Assembly (NCBI RefSeq): GCF_001194135.2
Contig: NC_068981.1
Location: 87,789,844-87,853,843 of the forward strand
DNA: 64,000 nucleotides
Source of the DNA: Octopus bimaculoides
Lineage: Eukaryota
Reading direction: 5' to 3'
Part shown: positions 59,215-64,000 of the stretch, in pieces
Layout: each line of letters opens with the position of its first letter
Position numbering within the stretch: the first letter of the stretch is position 1
Position numbers and translations under genes: made by a program
Notes under the pieces: generated by a model
Told to the model about the DNA's origin: nothing
Databases searched by the model: none
The model's input: the letters and a program-made list of their open reading frames with translations, nothing else

Positions 59215-59326
59215 TATTTACATTTGACAGATATCTGTCCTCGTCTTGTTTGTTGTTAACACAATGTTTCGGCTGATATACCCTCCAGCCTTCATCAGGT
59301 GTCTTGGGGAAATTTCGAACCTGGGT
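59215..59326 (-). mobile_element. Penelope-like element terminal fragment
   Basis: Plus GTTTCGGCTG...CAGCCTTCATCAGG is the characteristic pseudo-LTR signature; perfect palindrome GACAGATATCTGTC at 59226-59239. Confidence 0.7.
59258..59303 (-). ncRNA. Minimal type-I hammerhead ribozyme motif (probably mutated at the cleavage triplet)
   Basis: Minus: GACAC-CUGAUGA-A-GGCUG-GAGGGUAUAU-CAGCC-GAAAC-AUU-GUGUU; stem I GACAC/GUGUU, perfect 5-bp stem II. Confidence 0.7.
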
Positions 59327-61297
59327 TTTGTTGCTTATCTATGAGCATATACAGCACTTGTATTGATGTAAATGTAGATATAATCTAGCATTATTCCCTT
59401 CGCTGTTGTGCTCAAAATATGTATTGGAAAATTACTTTTTTGGAAAAGTTAATGACTATTTTTGCATTATCTCTTGAAATTATGGTTAAAAAGTTATATT
59501 ATTACTCTAAACATCAAAGTCTTTATAATATTGTACAAGAATCTTTCGACCTATTCAAACTTTTCACTTGGATTAATATGTAGTTTCCTTACTTTATAAA
59601 TTATATATTTAGATTGATTTTTAATTTAGTTACCCTTTTATTAATTCCTTCTGATTCATTGAGAAATTTTATTCTTCTATCACATTCAGACTTATCTGTA
59701 TAGCTGATATCACTATTTCACTATTCCCATTTCTTATCCCTTCTTATCAGCTTTTACCCACAAAATTTTGATGTTCTAATTAATACCTTAGATTAGAATC
59801 AAGCTAGATTTAATACTTATTTCAAAATTTAAAATAAAAAGATTTACATCACTTTTGTTACAAACCATATATATCAATGTAGTGAAACACTAAATTCAAT
59901 TTCTATGCATGTTCATCATTTATCTTAGCTGATAGTAGAACAATACTTGGTTTAGATATAACCATATTTGAAATGTCTAGATATAAACAAATTTGGAAGC
60001 AATAATATAGTTATTGCTTTCAAATTTGGGAATAAGCTATTCTTTGATTGTTGGTATTAAGGGCTAGATCAAGAGAAAATTTATCTATTTTGTTGGCAGT
60101 TTTTTGCAAGCCAACAATATACACTCAACTAATAAGATATATTTATATCTACTAAGGCTACTACAGTGTCTTTTACTCTTGAACTTTCTGGTTCCATTGC
60201 AACCTAATAAAAACCTTAGCATTTATATGCATTTCTTATTTCTATCCCTACTACATTTTAATTATTCACTAAACAGTAAATGGTGTTGTTTTAGAAATTT
60301 CCTGTTCATTGGAATTCTTCAATATAAAAAATGTTTTCTCAAGTTAAAGAAATTTTTAATTGAATCAATCCCATTATATGACTAATACTTAAACACTGGA
60401 AGGTTGAAAGACAACTGACTCCTGTAGAATTTGAACTCAGAACAAAATTAAATAATACTAAGCATATCATTTCTCCTATCATTATTAGTATGACAAACTA
60501 TTAACAAAACTGCCCTTGTTTAGCCATGTGAATTTACTAGATAGTAATGTATCATCATCACTGTTATTGTCAACTCCATTTTTCTCATGGTCCCAACCAT
60601 ACCAGCCCTTTTAACCATGTGTCCACTTTCTACTGTCTCTATATGTACTTTTCATCTAATAATTGTCATTTATTTGCTTACATGTCCATATCATTTGTGC
60701 TCTGCTAAGGGCCATATCAAACATTGGTTCTCATCTGATTGCTGAAGTTCGGCAATGATAAACCTAGTTAGAATTTAGATGACCTTTAGGGAAACGTACT
60801 GCTGTAGTTCTTCAATGACTGCTGCAAGAACTAGTCTAAGCAGTGAATTGACATACTTGCTTGAATAAAGCCCAAAAGATTTTGCTGTATTTGTTTTGCT
60901 GTGCTGCACTCTGAGTTCAGACCTAACTGAAAACAACTTTCCTTTCATCTTTTCAAGGTTGGTAAAATAGATTCCCCAGGGCTGTGTTTTGGCAGAATTG
61001 TTCAAGCATTGGACAGGATGTTGCATGGTATTTGTCTAACAGTTTGTGTTCTGAGTTCCAGGGTAGTTAAATTAATTTCATTCATCACCTCACTTGGTCT
61101 TTGGATGCTTTCAGTAGTGTTTACTCTGTTTGAAAACATTCAGGTCAGCTCTCCTGTTTGAGAATAGATTTTTCTCTTCACCCTTCTACTTTTGGAGGGC
61201 CTAATAAAATATCGGGTTATGGCCACAGCACTTCCTTCTTCAGGTGGTGGAAAAGACAAACAAAAAGACACAATAATATACAATACATATTGGTTCA

Positions 61298-61660
61298 GAT
61301 ATGGCTGTGTGGTTAACACTTCCAGTGTGTGGCCTTTTGGGTTACTGTTTTCTATTGTATCCTCAGGTTGACCAAAGCCTTGTGAATGGATTTCATAGAC
61401 AGAAACTGAAAGAAGCCTGTCATATGTGTTTGTGCATACCCTTTGTCTAGACATCATGTGATGGCTTTAAATGAATGTCATCTTCATAACTAAGGTTCTT
61501 CATTTTCAGTCTTCCATGCAAAACATATCAAGCCAAGGGAAAATATTACCTTGTTTAGAAATAGGCAAGGGTTGACAACAAGAGTAGCACTCAGCTGTAA
61601 AAAATATGCTTCAACTAATTTCATGCAAGTATGGTAAAATGGATGTTGAAAATGATTATG
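61298..61660 (+). mobile_element. SINE with family S head, module H and RTE-type tail
   Basis: atggctgtgtggtt...cagaaactgaaagaagcctgtc...gacatcatgtgat...catgcaagtatggtaaaatggatgttgaaaatgat. Confidence 0.75.
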
Positions 61661-64000
61661 TTACAATGTTGCACAGACAGGGAATCATATTCAGCTCCTC
61701 TTTTTTCAACCATCTCAAATTTATTAGATGCTCCAATCTCATGACAATGCAATATCACATTTCCTTTGCACATTTCATACAGTTGCTTTTTTGTGAAGGG
61801 GACAGGGAGAAACTCATTTCCCTAAAAGAGATAATAAAGCCTGAACATTTTTATTCCAGCTACTACACTTTAAAAAATCCTACATCTAACAGTAGTTCAT
61901 TGTTATTTAGCTAACAAAGACTATCTACAACTTTTAATGTGCTGTTTAATTAATTCATACATTTATGAGCTAGCTAATTCTTCTTTTTGGCTTTCAAGAA
62001 AAAAATTGTGACTGATAGGGAATCCTTAATTATCAAATCGTGTATATTCTGCATTCTCTGTTGAACTATATCCTTTCTTTGTCATTTTGACAACAACTGC
62101 CGTAATATTTTTAACTGCCTACTTTAGTTGGTTTCATTTTCTTTTCTATTCTGCAACAATTCTAAATGATTCTGACAAGCACTAAAACATATCCAGTTTA
62201 GTGCTTGTAAACTGGAAAGGTCTCATCCCATAGTAAATGATAAAACTCTGTGTGTGTGTGTGTGGGGGGGTTACACTTAGCCTATGACATTACCTTGAAA
62301 TTTCAGATGTCTAAGTGACTTTTTCTGGTGGTTTCTTTAAACCCAGGCAATGCTGCATACTTCTATTGGTTTAATTAATATTTTTTAAGAATATTTACTT
62401 TTTTTTAATATTAGATATTCTTCATTTGTTTTTTTTAAATCTTACCATAGACTATTTAAATCATTATTGAAATTAACCATTCTATTCTATCTTCCATTCA
62501 ATATTCATTTTCCTCTTATTTCTGAGATAGTAATTGTGTTTTTATTTCAAAACATGCCGTTTTAAAATGTGCATTTTCATGTGCACATATAAATATGAAC
62601 ACACATGTGTGTACATTTTAATTTTCCCTTAATCAATTACCCAATTCAAAAGTTCTTTTACTGGAAAGGAATCATTTAAAGATTATACAAAAGAGCAACC
62701 TGTTTTTCTACAATTGTATTTTTTCGTCTTTGTACTAATTTTATTCTCTGTTGCAGCAAACTGCTATTTGTTGCAAAAGATTATATACTTTATTTCCTTC
62801 AAGCTAGCTCATCTTAATTAACATGTGTTTATTTTAGAAGGAAATTAAAAGCGTAGTTTGTTTCTAATTTTTGTGCTGTATATTTCAAGTTAATTTTTTA
62901 TGAAAATGGCTGCTCATTAACTTTTCTAATGAGTTAATTAAACATGAAATTATGAATATTATATATTTTAACGAAATGAATATATGATAAATTTACAAAA
63001 ACATGAAACATCAACTCATTTGCCAGTCCTTTTTACAAGTTTGTCAGTTTTTACTTCATGCAATCTATTTAAGGTTATGTAAGAAAAATGCAATGAACAA
63101 CAGACGCTGCTTTTGCATATTGGTTCATTCACTGGTAACACATATTTATCTGCTAAAGTACTGGGGCCGTGTTTGTGGATAAGTTGTATATAAATTTACA
63201 TGCATACATTTGATAAACATTTAGTCTCACTACACATATAGATCCTGTGGTTTTGGTGCAAGGCTCATTCTGCAAACTGAACTCAAAAACAACCCAGGTA
63301 ATTTTACCTGTCTTTACAAATTTACAACTAGAGCTTCCTTCATCTGATTTTCAAAGAGAGTGAATGTAGTTAACAGCTATCTGTGGAAAGTGTGATGCAT
63401 GACAGCTAATGGTTGTAACCTTAATACATTCCACCATTCTTTGGAGGCATATATTAACAAAATATATAAATATATTCACACACACATACACTTCGTCATT
63501 ATCTTCATTGCTTTTTGCACACTTTTTCTATGCTAGCATGGGTTAGGTGGACAACACTTCACGAAGCAGTATTCTACAGCTGTATGCCTTTTCTTATATT
63601 CAACTTTATTCCCATCCTCACTCCAGGTATTTCATTCCATGGCCTTCCATATTGAGCAGTTATCAAATGTTTTGTTTATTAGAGTAATGTCAGTGTGAAG
63701 ATGTGAACACAATCACACACATGCATCTACATACATGTGTGTGTAACAGGATTTTGCACAGTTTCCATCTCCCAAATTTCATTCATTGCATTGGTTGGGC
63801 CAAGGCTATAGCAGAATAGGTTTCAATTATTGGTGACTGATTGCTAATGGAGTTCAGTTCGTGGGTTGAAGGACAAAAAATTTTTTTGTTCTCTAAAGAG
63901 TGGCCAGCCAATGTCAGAGCAAGCCCTTTAAAAAAAAAAAAGTCTTTACATTTGTTTACTTTCCTCACATTTATTGTTCCAAACTGTTGTCTAATCATAT

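Overview
AT-rich, repeat-dense eukaryotic genomic scaffold with six N-gaps. The repeat landscape (tRNA-headed SINEs ending in CAAGTAAAAGA, RTE-type tails ending CATGGAAAGCGGACGTTAAACGATGATG, long (TA)n/(CA)n runs) looks like an Octopus/coleoid cephalopod genome; this is recognition from memory, not a database result. No long intact ORF, rRNA, true tRNA or CRISPR array is present. Most of the window is intronic or intergenic DNA filled with several SINE families, RTE/CR1/L1-like LINE remnants, a mariner remnant, a non-autonomous Helitron, a piggyBac-like element with two related TTAA MITE families, and two Penelope-type fragments that each carry a minimal hammerhead-ribozyme motif. A chain of short plus-strand exon candidates (about 1.1-7.5 kb, possibly reaching about 26 kb) suggests an unidentified protein-coding gene. 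A CpG-rich, transposon-free island at about 28-33.6 kb looks like an unmethylated promoter region, with a TATA/MEF2 plus Inr-like arrangement on the minus strand. The best leads are a pre-miRNA-like hairpin at 46905-46973, the two hammerhead motifs, the modular SINE/RTE-tail system, and a CpG-retaining SINE copy at the island border. All exon calls are by-eye and tentative.
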